Below are positions 24,387-36,406 of a stretch of DNA of 64,000 nucleotides, piece by piece (the stretch's first letter is position 1; every line of letters starts with the position of its first letter). The stretch is from Emiliania huxleyi CCMP1516 (taxonomy: Eukaryota), in contig NW_005201792.1 in the NCBI RefSeq assembly GCF_000372725.1, forward strand, positions 1,181,440 through 1,245,439. Reading direction: 5' to 3'. The notes beneath the pieces were generated by a model that was not told where the DNA came from, ran no database searches, and saw nothing but the letters and a program-made list of their open reading frames with translations. A program made the position numbers and the translations under genes.

Positions 24387-25377
24387 CTAGCCGAACTGCC
24401 CTTCCGGCATGCGCTCAACCTGGTACTTCCGCTCCTTGATCGAGATGAGGGGCACCCCCGGGATCTTTCGTAGTCGTCGCTTCAGGTCCCGGTCGCACCT
24501 GAGAGTGGCAAGGCGCAAGCGGTCGCGGGCTGGACGCGGGGCCGGCCGTCGCGGGCGAGGGCGGGCGAGGGCGGGCGAGGGCAGGCGAGGGGGCGCGAGC
24601 GCACGTGGCGACAATGTAGATGCGGTGCGCGGTGACCCGCTCGACGAGGTCGTCGTCAGCGTATTCGTTGCCTTGCCTCATCGCAGGCAGCCTGCCCGAT
24701 GCCGGAAGTCCTCAGCCAGCCAGGGGAGCGGCTCGTGCGGAGCGAAAGGTGAGGCGGAGCAGCGAACGGTGAGGCGGAGCAGCGTGCGGAGGTGAGGCGT
24801 GCAGAGGGCCTCTATGGGGCGGGCCTCCCACTCCCCCTCTCTAGCGGGCGCACACCGCTCGAAGCGAGGGTCCTTCGCGAGTCGCAGCGCCACCCGGTAC
24901 TTCGGCCCCAGCTTCTCGAGCTCCGCCATCACCGCCTCGGTGACGCACGGGACGACCTGCGGCCGGCCAAGAGAGCGGCAGACGAGGAGGGTGCGAGAAG
25001 GCGGTCCAGCGGGAGAGGAGAGCGCCGCGTGCGGCGGCGGGGAGAGGCGCGCGGGGATGGCAGCCGCGAGAAGGCGCCTTTGCGTATAGGCAGTCCATCA
25101 AGCTCTTCATGATGTCGAGTTTGTTCTGGATCGAAAAGTTGATGAAGTTGGTGTCGATCAGCACGTGGTATGGCGGACCCAGCGACATGTTGTGCGAGAA
25201 GAAGAGGGACGCCGGCGTCTGCGCCACGTTGCGAACCTCGGCATCCTTCCGCTGCCGCTCAAGCTTCGGCAACTGGTTCGGGTTCGGTGCTGGCTTCTTG
25301 ATGCGCGCATCCTTCGGCGAAATCATCCGCTTGACCGCAGCGAAGGCCTTTGTCTTGCCCTTCTTCTGCTTGCCCAT
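24387..25377 (-). CDS. FCF1: rRNA-processing PIN nuclease FCF1/UTP24; 3 introns
   Basis: [89 protein letters not shown]. Confidence 0.95.
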
Positions 25378-25514
25378 CGCGGCCCGTGAGGCGGGAGGCT
25401 TGTGCAGACTGCGCGAGAGGGGCAGGGCGCGAGCTGTGTGCAACGTGCTACCGTTCAAGAAGAATTTAGCCGCGCAACGATAGCGGAGCAGCCGGCGAAC
25501 TGGAGGGCCGTGGC

Positions 25515-25800
25515 CGGAGGGCCCCGGGGGGGGCTTGGGGTCAGCTGTCGGAGGAGGCGAGAGATGAGCTAACGCGGCCTTTGAGAGGGGAGTCGGGACG
25601 TACGGGCTCACCGGGGGAAGACCAGTTGCAGGGGCAACCGGACCACCGCGACCTTCGACAGGGAGGGCCACGCCTCCCCGAGCCTGGAGAGGAGCCGGCG
25701 GAGGGGGAGGGCGAGCCGAGAACGATGGAGAGGCCGCGGATGCGGGCGCGATTCGCCGACCAGGGAGAGCCGGCCCGACCTCCCGGGGAGGGGTGGCGAC
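25515..25800 (-). repeat. Dispersed repeat; diverged inverted copy of ~55755-56060 (retroelement 3' region)
   Basis: Alignable by eye, e.g. GGGGTCAGCTGTCGGAGGAGGCGAGAGATGAGCT is reverse-complemented at ~56002-56035. Confidence 0.75.
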
Positions 25801-26639
25801 GAGACACAATGCCGCCACTCCCGCCCGGGGAGGCCCCACCCGGGCTGTCGGCTCCCTCGGGGCCAATGGGGCTAGCCGACGGAGGTGGGGCGGAGGGGCC
25901 GCCTCCGAAGAAGAGACATCAAAAACGACTGCAGAGGCAGTGGGGCGACGCCCGAAAGGCGAGCAAGAGACCGAACCAGACTGAAGATCCACCCTGAAAG
26001 GTGGGGGGTGAGGCCGGGCAGTGTACACGTTAGACAGTCGTGTGTGTACGTGACGGGTGGTGTCGTAGTGTCCGTGTCCACTAGCTCCGAGTAGAGGGGG
26101 CGTTCTGCAGTTAAGGGGAAACCCGGTACACGGAGCCCTCTCCTCGGAGACGTGACTGCCTCCGAGTCGCCGGCGGACAATCGAACGCCACAGCAGCTGA
26201 GCTGCTGTTCGGCGCGCTTGTGAGGGGCTCAAGCGATCGATCCGAACCTGCGGCAGGCGACCGCGCGGCAAGCGATCGGCGCCAAAATCCGCAACGACTC
26301 CCCTTGTCCGTTTTCTTTCTTTCTGTCCCGTGCCCAGTGTCGTGCGAGGGAGTTTTGTTGTAAAATTCTTTACCGGCAAGGAGCACGGTGGGGACGCTGT
26401 CCTCCTCCCACCCCTGGTTTGGCCTCTTTAATTATTTTTGTTTGTGCGCGCGCCAGTCCCGTGCCCGGTGTTGTGCGACCGGCTTAGAATTCTTTTTGTT
26501 TCGCGCCAGTTTTGTTTCGCGCCAGTTCGCACCTGTGTCGAGCCTGTGTGCTGTGAGAGAGAGTTGTCTTGTTTAAATTCTTTTTGTTTCCGCTTGAAAC
26601 GTTCTCGAACGTGCGTTCGTTGTTCGCAGTAGCCTTCCC

Positions 26640-29600
26640 ATGGCCCGCTCCTCCATCGTAGTCGGGCTGGAGGGCGCTCGAGATGTCGAGAACGACGCGC
26701 CCTTATGCTGCCGGGCCAATCTCATGGAGGCCTGCAGGATGCAGTTCAGGAAGTCTCGAGACGTGCACACCACGCACGGCACCGCTTCATTTGCAGGCGA
26801 GTCTCTAACATTCGGTTGGTCTGAGGGCGACGCCCGACTAGTGGTGGACGTGTGGTCCGGCGACGGCCTCGTCGGTAAGCTCTCCATCCGGCTCGAGAGT
26901 TGCAGTGCCGTGGCCTCGACGACGGCCAGCATCCCCCTCCTCATCGGCGGTGAGGTGAAGGTGACTGTCTACCAGACGCTCACTCGGAAAGAGGCAGAAG
27001 ACCAAGGGGAGGAGGGGGAACAGGAGGAGTTAACGATGCCGGCAGAGGCTGCTGGGGAGACAGAGCGGCTGGCGCAGGCGGTGGAGGAGGCGGCGAGGGT
27101 AGAGGCGGAGCGGCTGGCGGCGGAGGAGGCGGCGAGGGTAGAGGCGGCGGCAAAAGTGGCAGAGGAGGCGGCGAGGGCGGAGGGGGAGCGGCTGGCGGCG
27201 GAGGAGGCGGCAAGAGTAGAGGCGGCGGCAAAAGCGGCAGGGGCGGCGAGGGCGGAGGCGGAGCGGCTGGCGGCGGAGGAGGCGGCGAGGGTAGAGGCGG
27301 AGCGGCTGGCGGCGGAGGAGGCGGCGAGGGTAGAGGCGGAGCGGCTGGCGGCGGAGGAGGCGGCGAGGGTAGAGGCGGAGCGGCTGGCGGCGGAGGTGGC
27401 GGCGAGGGTAGAGGCGGAGCGGCTGGCGGCGGAGGTGGCGGCGAGGGTAGAGGCGGAGCGGCTGGCGGCGGAGGTGGCGGCGAGGGTAGAGGCGGAGCGG
27501 CTGGCGGCGGAGGAGGCGGCGAGGGTAGAGGCGGAGCGGCTGGCGGCGGAGGAGGCGGCGAGGGTAGAGGCGGAGCGGCTGGCGGCGGAGGAGGCGGCGA
27601 GGGTAGAGGTGGAGCGGCTGGCGGCGGAGGAGGCGGCGAGGGTAGAGGCGGAGCGGCTGGCGGCGGAGGTGGCGGCGAGGGTAGAGGCGGAGCGGCTGGC
27701 GGCGGAGGTGGCGGCGAGGGTAGAGGCGGAGCGGCTGGCGGCGGAGGAGGCGGCGAGGGTAGAGGCGGAGCGGCTGGCGGCGGAGGAGGCGGCGAGGGTA
27801 GAGGCGGAGCGGCTGGCGGCGGAGGCGGCGGCGGTGGAGGAGGCGGAGCGGCTGGCGGCAGAGGCGGCGAGGGCGGAGGCCGAGCGGCTGGCGGCGGAGG
27901 CGGCGGCGGTGGAGGAGGCTGAGCGGCTGGCGGTGGAGGAGGCTGAGCGGCTGGCGGCAGAGGCGGCGGTGGAGGAGGCGGAGCGGCTGGCGGCGGAGGC
28001 GGCGGCGGTGGAGGAGGCGGAGCGGCTGGCGGCAGAGGCGGCGAGGGCGGAGGCCGAGCGGCTGGCGGCGGAGGCGGCGGCGGTGGAGGAGGCTGAGCGG
28101 CTGGCGGTGGAGGAGGCCGAGCGGCTGGCGGCGGAGGCGGCGGTGGAGGAGGCGGAGCGGCTGGCGGCGGAGGCGGCGGCGGTGGAGGAGGCGGAGCGGC
28201 TGGCGGCAGAGGCGGCGGTGGAGGAGGCCGAGCGGCTGGCGGCGGAGGCGGCGGTGGAGGAGGCGGAGCGGCTGGCGGCGGAGGCGGCGGCGGTGGAGGA
28301 GGCTGAGCGGCTGGCGGCGGAGGCGGCGGCGGTGGAGGAGGCGGAGCGGCTGGCGGCGGAGGCGGCGGCGGTGGAGGAGGCTGAGCGGCTGGCGGCGGAG
28401 GCGGCGGCGGTGGAGGCGGCGGAGCGACTGGCGGCGGAGGCGGCAGTGGCTGAGGCGGAGCGTCTAGAGGCAGAGGCCACAGCGCGAGAGGGGGTGGAGG
28501 ACGCCCAGTTGGCGGTCGAAAGGGCTGCTGCCGCAGCCGATGGGCGATCTGCGAGCGGCCCGGTCTCGGCGACACCCACTCGCATCGCTGCAGAGCCCAG
28601 CGAGGAAGAGGTGGCCTCCTTCCGCTTCGCTGGTGTCCGTGCCAGGCCCCGCAAAGGAATCGTCGCTGCCTGGAAGTCGGACGAGACGTACCTGAAGCCA
28701 CCCGGCTCCTGTGGCACTCGCTGGCCACACCTCTCCCTCTCCGTCAGCGTCGAGTGCTGCGAGCGCTGCCACATCTACATCCTCGACACCTGCGCGCAAG
28801 TGCAGGTAGACGACTGTGTGGATTGTACCATCGTCATTGCCCCTTGCTCTGGGCCAGTCTACCTTCGAGACTGCACCCGCTGCGTCGTCCATGTCGCGGC
28901 ACGGCAGATCCGCCTCCGCGACGTGACCGATTCGACCATTCGACATTGCGTGCCGCAGTGCGAGGCCCTCATCCTCGAGACTAGTACGGCGCTGCGCATT
29001 GGTCGGTGGGCAGTCGACTTTGAGGGCCTCGAGCCGCTTTGGGAGACTGCTGGCTTTGGCCCGGCTGCTGCCGCCACCAACCCACACTGGGCGCAAGTGT
29101 ACGACTTTTCCCCGAGCGAGATCGGCCGTAATTGGGAACTACTGCCGAACTCAGAGAACAAGCTCGGGGAGCAGCTCACGGTAACACCGGCTGGCCTCTG
29201 CGGCGGCAGCGTAACACATGAGCAGCAATTGCTGGCCTGGCCTTGCTTGGAGGAGGAGGGGCGCACGGCCAGTCTGGACGATGAACACGGGGACGGAGGC
29301 GGCGGCGAGAAGCTAAATCGCGATGGCTCATGGCGGCTTCAGCCAACCTCAACAGTTGCTGCAGGCAGCGTGGTGGAGAAGGAGGAGGTGGCAGGGGTGG
29401 CAGGGGCGTCGAAAGCGGCGGGAGCTGCAGAGGCGGAGGAGTCGTCAGTGAGCCAGCGCCAGACCAAGGCAGCATTGGCCATTCAACGGTGCTTTCTCCG
29501 AGGAACTGCTCGGGTGGTGGCAGCTGTCCGCACCGCATTGCAAGCAGCGCCGCCAGGAGCGGCGTCTAAAGCGTGCGAGGGCAATCTCGAGGGTATGGCT

Positions 29601-29723
29601 GCCTTTGTCGGCGAGGTGCTGGGCCCTAACGCGTGGGTCCGCGCCATCCTGAATGCGCCGGACGAGTGGGACGAGGATGAAATGCACAGAGCGATGCGTA
29701 GGCAAACCTCACAAAAGAATTAA
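26640..29723 (+). CDS. C2-like domain + ~460-aa Ala/Glu coiled repeat + TBCC (RP2/XRP2-like) domain + IQ-like motif; intronless
   Basis: N-terminal F.GESLTF...[54 protein letters not shown]...ARQIRLRD...W.QVYDFSP. IQ-like [11 protein letters not shown]. Confidence 0.8.
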   Translation: MARSSIVVGLEGARDVENDAPLCCRANLMEACRMQFRKSRDVHTTHGTASFAGESLTFGWSEGDARLVVDVWSGDGLVGKLSIRLESCSAVASTTASIPLLIGGEVKVTVYQTLTRKEAEDQGEEGEQEELTMPAEAAGETERLAQAVEEAARVEAERLAAEEAARVEAAAKVAEEAARAEGERLAAEEAARVEAAAKAAGAARAEAERLAAEEAARVEAERLAAEEAARVEAERLAAEEAARVEAERLAAEVAARVEAERLAAEVAARVEAERLAAEVAARVEAERLAAEEAARVEAERLAAEEAARVEAERLAAEEAARVEVERLAAEEAARVEAERLAAEVAARVEAERLAAEVAARVEAERLAAEEAARVEAERLAAEEAARVEAERLAAEAAAVEEAERLAAEAARAEAERLAAEAAAVEEAERLAVEEAERLAAEAAVEEAERLAAEAAAVEEAERLAAEAARAEAERLAAEAAAVEEAERLAVEEAERLAAEAAVEEAERLAAEAAAVEEAERLAAEAAVEEAERLAAEAAVEEAERLAAEAAAVEEAERLAAEAAAVEEAERLAAEAAAVEEAERLAAEAAAVEAAERLAAEAAVAEAERLEAEATAREGVEDAQLAVERAAAAADGRSASGPVSATPTRIAAEPSEEEVASFRFAGVRARPRKGIVAAWKSDETYLKPPGSCGTRWPHLSLSVSVECCERCHIYILDTCAQVQVDDCVDCTIVIAPCSGPVYLRDCTRCVVHVAARQIRLRDVTDSTIRHCVPQCEALILETSTALRIGRWAVDFEGLEPLWETAGFGPAAAATNPHWAQVYDFSPSEIGRNWELLPNSENKLGEQLTVTPAGLCGGSVTHEQQLLAWPCLEEEGRTASLDDEHGDGGGGEKLNRDGSWRLQPTSTVAAGSVVEKEEVAGVAGASKAAGAAEAEESSVSQRQTKAALAIQRCFLRGTARVVAAVRTALQAAPPGAASKACEGNLEGMAAFVGEVLGPNAWVRAILNAPDEWDEDEMHRAMRRQTSQKN
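27062..28470 (+). repeat. Coding minisatellite, mainly a 39-bp unit ([13 protein letters not shown]) with 33/36-bp variants
   Basis: Directly visible. Confidence 0.95.
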
Positions 29724-30129
29724 AGAACCCTTCGGCACTCTCGTCGGGGGCTCGGGGGGCGGGAGTGTTTGATGAAACGCGGTGCCATAGAGGGGGCCTA
29801 GAAAAGGGGAGCAGCACACAAAGCTAGGCGGCCGGCCGGTGCTCCTCAAAGAGCGAAGTCGAACCAAACACGTTGCCTACAAACACGTGCCGGCCTCCCG
29901 GAGAGCGCTCCTGCGGGCGCGGTGTCCGGGCTCCGGCGAGACCCCCCCCCCCGCGGAGCGCGCCGGTGGGCGACCCCGATGCGTCTAGCGATGCGTTAGA
30001 CTAGCGTAACCTTTAGAGCCGTAAGCGTAACCGCCATTTTCCCAGCATTTTCCATATTTGGGTGTGTGCGCTGCCAGACCTAGTCCTATAGACGCCAGAG
30101 ACGCCAGAGTAGAGCCGTTTCGCGTTTGG

Positions 30130-30724
30130 CTAGTTCCATATTTCACAGTGGCAGTGTGGCACAGCTCGCGTTACACAATCTTGATTTTGGTCATTTGCGC
30201 CATTATTTCGTACCTCTCGGTGCCTTCCAGAGGCAGCTGCGACCCCGCCGAGTAGACGGCTGCACACAGCAGGTGGCGCGGTGTGCAACCGTCCACTCGG
30301 CGGGGTCGCAGAGCTGCCTCTGCGCGTCCTGGGGAGGTACAAAAGTGTCGCAGGTCGAGCACGTTTCTATACGCTCGCCCAGCCTTCCTTTCCATCCCAT
30401 TAGGCAGCCTGGGGACGGTGGCGAGCAGAGGCAAAGCCTACGCGAGGGGTGGTGGAACCACATGTCACGGCTACTGCCGGCTCGACCCCACGATAGCCTC
30501 CGGAGGCTGATTGCGGCACCATCATCGGATCGAATCGGACGATGTCGACGAGTTGGGTCGCTCTCGGTCGCGGTAGCCAGATGAGCTCTCGTTGTACTAA
30601 CTAGGGATAATCGGTCATGGCCCGGCAGGGTCCAGGGAGCGCGGGGGAGGGCGCTGGGAGCAACACCGAGCTCCGTGTTGGACGTTTTCTCTCAAGATTA
30701 GCGTGTCAGAGTGAAATGGAACTA
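30130..30724. mobile_element. Possible MITE with short imperfect TIRs and an internal long hairpin
   Basis: CTAGTTCCATATTTCAC at 30130 versus GTGAAATGGAACTAG ending at 30724. Hairpin 30228-30322. Confidence 0.4.
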
Positions 30725-31256
30725 GCGTACTAGCCTTTTTACGAACTCGCAAGTTGAATCGATGTGGGACTTCTTTACGATATAAACGTGGGGTCTGTGG
30801 TGCTGGTGGACCTGGACGGGCCGCGGCGGGCCGCGCTCGCTCTATATGTGGAGGGGCCGTTTTCGTTATCGATATTAATACGAGTTCGAGGTACTCAAAA
30901 TTAGAATTACGGACCGTTTAGAGAGACGCGAACGCGACTGTACCGGCCGATGAGGATGCGAGAGCGACTCATATCTCAGGACGGCCTCAATACAAGGTGC
31001 GTCTCTATGACCCGTCTACTACTGCGCGTACACTGGATATAGTGGTGGTTGCTCTCGAGGGGAGAAAGGCAGAGGGAGGGTTCGGAGGATTGACCCCAAA
31101 TAGGGAGATGAGCAAGCTGCCCTTGTGGTGCAAGCACAACGCTATTGATCCTGAGCGAGGCGACGAGGCAGCGCAACGCTGCCCAGACTCGGCCGCTGCC
31201 CGCAGCGTCAACGATAACCCTCGAGGGCCCGTGCGCCGCGAGGGGCTCGACTCGCC

Positions 31257-32417
31257 TCAGAGAGGCTCCATCTTTCTCGCCTCTAGCTTTGGATTTGCAG
31301 CGGCAATCTGCTGCCGCTGCCGTGCCCGGTGGTCAAAGCTGCACTCGTGCGCGCAGAGGTGAGCCGCGCAGAATAAGCCGCCACAGTCGCAGGCATTCTG
31401 CACGAACGCCGTGAGCGTAGGCAGCCGCCGCCCGCACTCCAGGCATGCGGGCGGCTTGCGCATGGGCGCCGTCATTGCGGCCGGCGCAGCCGAAGGAGGA
31501 CGCATGTCCGAGCTGCAGCCGTCCGGATCCACCCGGCCACGCCGCCTCGCGGAGGAGCGACGCTTGGTCGGCTTGGCCTCAGCGGCGGGAGTGTGCTCGA
31601 CCGCGGGAGGAGCGGCGGAGCCCGCTGCCGCCTTGCCGGCCACGGAGGGGAGAGCCAGCGCGAGCTGCTCGACCAACGCAGCGCAGCGCTCCTCAAATAG
31701 GTCGTCGTGTGCAGCGGCGCCGGAAGCGAGAGGGAGTGAGCGCCGGCCCGACGGCCGTTGCAGCGTGCGAAGGCCGGTGCGTAGCGTTGCCGGGACCCCA
31801 GGCGGCGGCGGCGGGGTGGGAGGCGGCGGCGGCGGGCACATCGGCGCGTCGACTGCTCGCCTGGGTGGGTCCGGCCCGCCGACCGAGGCTGCAGCGGCTA
31901 TGGGGTCTGCAGCCCGGTCGCCGTTGGCCTCCGCCTCCACCGCAGACCGCGAGATGAGGAAGACCTCGGACTCGTTGGGCAAGGCGTAGTCGGAGAGGAG
32001 CAGCTCCGGCCTCAGCAGCTGCCCGACGTGCCTCGAGAAGAGCGCCCCGTTGGCGTTGGGCTCGACTCCCAGCGACTGCTCTGCGACCCTGCACATCTCA
32101 GAGACGGTGCAACCGTCTTCAGGCTCCACCCCGTGCACGCAGCCGCCACACAGGTCGCGGAGGGTGAGCCGGCGGCGCATCGGTGGCGGCTGTGCGATTG
32201 CAAGCAGGCGCTCTCTCCCATCAGGCAGCGCATCTGCGACTGCAGTGTCGTCCACCAGCCTCTGCCCTCGACAGAGAAGCGTGAGCTCGCTGGCGGGCTC
32301 GCCCGTGGCGAGCGCGGCAGCTGCGCGAAGCTCGCGCACGGAGGCGGACCGGTCGACGGTCACCGAGTGCGTGACGCCGCCGAGGCGGACCTCGAAGCAG
32401 CGACCCCCTTTCCGCAT
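31257..32417 (-). CDS. Ubiquitin-like domain(s) + C-terminal AN1-type zinc finger protein
   Basis: SVRELR.......PASELTLLCRGQRL.D. CLECGRRL......ACDCGGLFCAAH..AHECSFDHR...QQIAAANPKL...KM. Confidence 0.85.
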   Translation of the reverse strand: MRKGGRCFEVRLGGVTHSVTVDRSASVRELRAAAALATGEPASELTLLCRGQRLVDDTAVADALPDGRERLLAIAQPPPMRRRLTLRDLCGGCVHGVEPEDGCTVSEMCRVAEQSLGVEPNANGALFSRHVGQLLRPELLLSDYALPNESEVFLISRSAVEAEANGDRAADPIAAAASVGGPDPPRRAVDAPMCPPPPPPTPPPPPGVPATLRTGLRTLQRPSGRRSLPLASGAAAHDDLFEERCAALVEQLALALPSVAGKAAAGSAAPPAVEHTPAAEAKPTKRRSSARRRGRVDPDGCSSDMRPPSAAPAAMTAPMRKPPACLECGRRLPTLTAFVQNACDCGGLFCAAHLCAHECSFDHRARQRQQIAAANPKLEARKMEPL

Positions 32418-32916
32418 TTTTCAACCCCGCAAGAAGGGTTTTGGATTTTGACGAACGCGCGAAAGAGAGAAATAGTCGCTATTTCTTTCTTCCCGTAACT
32501 ACCTACCCACCTAACCTTCCCTATTGCCCACTCTTGTCCTTTCAGGATCCCCTTGCTCTGCAAGATGATGAACTGTGAGTGACCCCTCTCCTGGCATTCT
32601 CCCCATTTACTTCCCAGCTCTCTCTTCTGCTTCCACCTTCCTGCTGAGCACCTGAGCACTGGATAGGGCCGATTCCGCGTGGTACGGGACCCCTCGATCG
32701 TCTCGCCCTCCCTCACTGGTGTGTTCATCGGGGGGGGTCATAACAAACACGGTACAGGATCGAGGTGCACGCTGCCGAAGCAGTGTCGTCCCCCCTCTCC
32801 CCGACGGCGATGGCGGTGTGACCGATCGAGCTACAAGAGGAGCTTGGTCAGCAGGATCCGGGATAGTCAGATGCACTACCTCACTGGGCCTGAGACCATC
32901 GTACGACAGCATCCCG

Positions 32917-34419
32917 TCACCGTCTCGGATTTATGTGGGGTCGAACCACTCCGTGGTCGCCGTCTCGAAGCTGCCGCTGCTGGTCGGCGGCGACCTTCCC
33001 CCAGCCACCGCCGCCCATCTTGAGGTAGGAGATGTCGTCTCCCTTCCGGACGTGGAGGTCATAGGTGCCCGCCCCGTTGGAGGAGACGAAGCTCGCCGAG
33101 CCGAGGTAGGTGCGGTTGTTTGGCGGGCGGCCAGAGGGTTTGAGCATGATTACCTTCGCTCCCCCCTCAAGCCGAGCGCCGACCCCCGCCGGCTCCGATG
33201 ATGCAGAAGGCCGCACGCCGCCGTCTGCCGCCGCAGCGGGGTCAGTGGCGGCGGTGGCGGCCGGCAAGGCGGCGAGCAAGGCGGCACCGCTCTCGCCGCC
33301 GACCTCGCGACTCCCCTCACCGCCGCCCTCGCCGCCGCCTTCGCCGCCGCCCTCGCCGCCGCCCTCGCCGCCGCCCTCACCGCCGCCGCTCGTGGACGAA
33401 ACCTCTCCAGGCGGCGGAGGCGGCGGCGGCGGAGGCAGCGGCGGAGGCGGCGGCGGCGGCGGCGGCTGAGGCGGCGGAGGCGAAGGCAGTGGCGGCGGCG
33501 CCGCGTGCGGAGGCGGCAGTGCTGCGCGTGGAGGCGGCGGCGCCATCGCCCCCGCCTCCGCCTCCGCCCGCTGCTTCGCGCGCCGCCGCTCCTCCGCCTC
33601 GGCGCGCTTGGCGGCCATCCGCGCGCGCTGCTCCTCGCTCAGCGCAGGCGTCGGCGCCGCCGCCTTGCCGGACCCCGCCGCCGCCTTGCCGGGCCTCGCC
33701 GACGCGTTGCAGGGCGGCGCCCCCGAAGACGCCTGTGCGTACTGAGCACAGGCCCGCGCCGTCTCGTCCAGCCAGCGCTGCCAGCGATCGGTGTGGTGCG
33801 GGCGCCCACCCCACCGCTCCAGGAATGGAGCCGGGTCGAGTGGCACCGGCACGAAGCAGGATCTATAAAAGGGATCCCACTTCCCGCCCCAGGCCTCGCA
33901 GGCCTCTCTCTCCTCGCAGGGCGTCCCGAGGTAGACGCGGGAGTCGCCCGCATCACCGCCGCTTGGCGAGGGTGGAGGCGAGGGAGGGGTTGGCAATGAA
34001 GAGATGGGAGCCACCACCTCGTTGGGAGTCAGCGCTGCAGCAGCGCCCGCCTCGTTGAGCATGTTGAAAGCAGAGTTATTGGCGTCAATATGGCGCAGCG
34101 CAGAGATGCCAGCACCGCGAGGAAGTGCAGGACCCGCGTTTGCGGTGCGAGCCGTCGAGGCAGGATCAAGCTGAAGGACTCGAGTGGTTTCCACATTGAC
34201 ATCCTCGCCCAGAGCATTGCCAGACAGGTTTGCGCCCAGTTTGCAGTCGCTTGGCGTGGTTTGTGCAGGCGCACCAGCCGCAGAGGCAGCGCTGCCGACT
34301 CTCATTGGTTGAGCAGCCGCCGCAGTGCTCGACGGATCGGCAGTGTCGGCGCCACCAGCACCGCGCTCGGTCTCGCTCAGCGAGGCGGCCGAGAGCACAG
34401 GCAAGCCGCAAACGCGCAT
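32917..34419 (-). CDS. Hypothetical protein with DUF5710-like domain and RPA32-binding-like helix
   Basis: RVYLGTPCEEREACEAWGGKWDPFYRSCFVP.PLDPAPFLERW (33808-33938). LSEEQRARMAAKRAEAEERRRAK (33574-33642). Confidence 0.55.
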   Translation of the reverse strand: MRVCGLPVLSAASLSETERGAGGADTADPSSTAAAAQPMRVGSAASAAGAPAQTTPSDCKLGANLSGNALGEDVNVETTRVLQLDPASTARTANAGPALPRGAGISALRHIDANNSAFNMLNEAGAAAALTPNEVVAPISSLPTPPSPPPSPSGGDAGDSRVYLGTPCEEREACEAWGGKWDPFYRSCFVPVPLDPAPFLERWGGRPHHTDRWQRWLDETARACAQYAQASSGAPPCNASARPGKAAAGSGKAAAPTPALSEEQRARMAAKRAEAEERRRAKQRAEAEAGAMAPPPPRAALPPPHAAPPPLPSPPPPQPPPPPPPPPLPPPPPPPPPGEVSSTSGGGEGGGEGGGEGGGEGGGEGGGEGSREVGGESGAALLAALPAATAATDPAAAADGGVRPSASSEPAGVGARLEGGAKVIMLKPSGRPPNNRTYLGSASFVSSNGAGTYDLHVRKGDDISYLKMGGGGWGKVAADQQRQLRDGDHGVVRPHINPRR

Positions 34420-34884
34420 TTGGGACGGACGTAAAATCGCCTCTAGCCGACGAAGCTCGAAGCCCGTCTCGACGGTCGAGCACGAAGCGAAGCCGGCTGA
34501 GAAATTCGCGTGATCTCGCGGGAGGGGCGTCTCTCTGCCCCTTGACTAAGGTGGCGCTTGCGCTTACAAGGTCTACGGTCCGTTAAACATGCGAAGATCT
34601 CTCACAGAACACGGCTCTCAAGCGACTCAACACCGACGGTTTCCCGGTTGCGATTGTAGAGCGGCAGCAGCGCGCAGAGCGCATACGCCGGAGCCCCCAC
34701 AGACAAAAAGCGACTGACACTCCCGTCCAGACTTCAGACGGGACTCGTCCCCGGCTGTGCTCTCTACGAGTTAGCGAGCGGGGGCGAACAGAGTTCCCGG
34801 GTAGCTCACCAGGCAAGGACTAGGGCGCGCTCTGCGCCGGAGCGAGGGCGGGCCCTCTATCCTCGCGAGGGCGCCGGCCCTGTC

Positions 34885-36406
34885 TCAGCGAGCCATGGTG
34901 AGGCGCACTTGCGACAGGGCGGCCACGCGAGGGCTCGCGCGCGGCGAGGCGGTGGAGCGCCGTCCCGCTGCGAGCGGGCTGCTAACGCCGAGCGGGCTGC
35001 GCGCGGCGCCGGCCGTGCCAAAGCCGGCCGAGGCGCCGCTGAGGGAGAGGCGGCCGGCGGAGGCGGGGCTGAGGCGGGAGGCGGGGCGGCGGCGGAGGGA
35101 GGGCGTGAGGAGCGGCGAGAGGGAGACGTCGAGCTCCGTCTCGAACCAGTTTGCGATGGCGGATGAGACGCGGGACGAGTTGATGCGAGGGTGCTGCGAC
35201 GGCGAGCACGCGCTAGCCGGCGGCGGGCTGCGCAGCGCCGCGGGCGGCAGCGGGCTCGAGTCGAGCGAGGCTCCGCCCCTCGCGCTAGGCGCCGCAGCCT
35301 CCGCCTGCCGCCCGAGCGGCGCGGCGGGCGAGGCGAGCGACGCGTCCGAGCCGGACGAGTCGGGCGCGCCTCCCGAGCGGTGCGACGGCGCGGCGCCGCC
35401 CGCAGGGAGGTCTGGCGGCGGAGGCTCGCTCGCCGACGGCTCTTCCCGTGGGAGCTCGGTGTCGGGCGCGTGCCGGGAGGGCGGCGCAGGCGGCGTGCCG
35501 GGCGAGCCGAAGAGCTTGCGCAGCGGCATCGGCGACTCCTGCTCAAGGATGTCGAGCGGGAAGAGCCCGTCGCCCACGTCAAAGTCTCCTCCAAAGTCCT
35601 CCTCCGCGCCCGAGTCCTCGCCCTCGAACTCGTCGGGGCTGCCCGCGCCCTTGCCCTCCACCCGCCACGTGCGCTGGCGCTTCCGCCGCTGCTGGGGCGG
35701 CTCGAGCCGCCGCTGCTGCGTCACCCGCGCCGAGGAGAGCACCTGCCGAGGCGCAGCCGCCGCGCGTGAGCACACGGCGAGCGAGCGGGGCGGAGGGGGC
35801 CGGCGGGGCGGCGGGGGCGGCGGGGCGGCGGCGCCTCCTCGCGCAGCGTGATCTCGTTCGGCTTCCACGCGCGGCCGCTGGGGTGGGAGCTCTTGCGGAT
35901 GATCGAGTTCCACCGGTTCTTGATGTCGTTGTCGGTCCGCAGCGGCATGTACAGCTCCGAGATCTGCGCCCACTTGGTGCCGAGCTGCTGCACGCGGCTC
36001 CAGATCGTAACATCCTCATCCTGCGTCCAGTCGCCCTTGTTGAGCTCCGGCCTCAGGTGGTTGCGCCATCGCTCGCGGCACTGCTTGCCGTTGCGCATGT
36101 GGAGCTCCGTCGCGATCTGCGCCCAGTTCTTCACGCCGTGAGCGGCCACGAGGCGCTTGAGCTGCGCGGCGAGGGGTAGCGAGGCGGATCGGGGTGAGCG
36201 GCCATGCGCACCCGCCCCCTCCGGGCAGCCCACACTGGGCTCGGGCACGGGCGGCGCGCCTCCTCGTCCTCGCTCGACGTCCACGGCCGCCGCTTGGCGC
36301 CGACGTCGGTGAGCTCCTCGTGGACCTCCGACGGCGACCGCTTCACCGGGCCGCTGCCCGTCGCCGAGGCGGGCGCCTTGCGCTTGCTGGCGCTGCGACA
36401 CGACAT
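34885..36406 (-). CDS. R2R3-type Myb transcription factor; 2 introns
   Basis: KRRPWTSSEDE/QLKRLVAAHGVKNWAQIA...RNGKQCRERWRNHLRPELNKGDWTQDED...QQLGTKWAQIS....RTDNDIKNRWNS. Confidence 0.92.
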
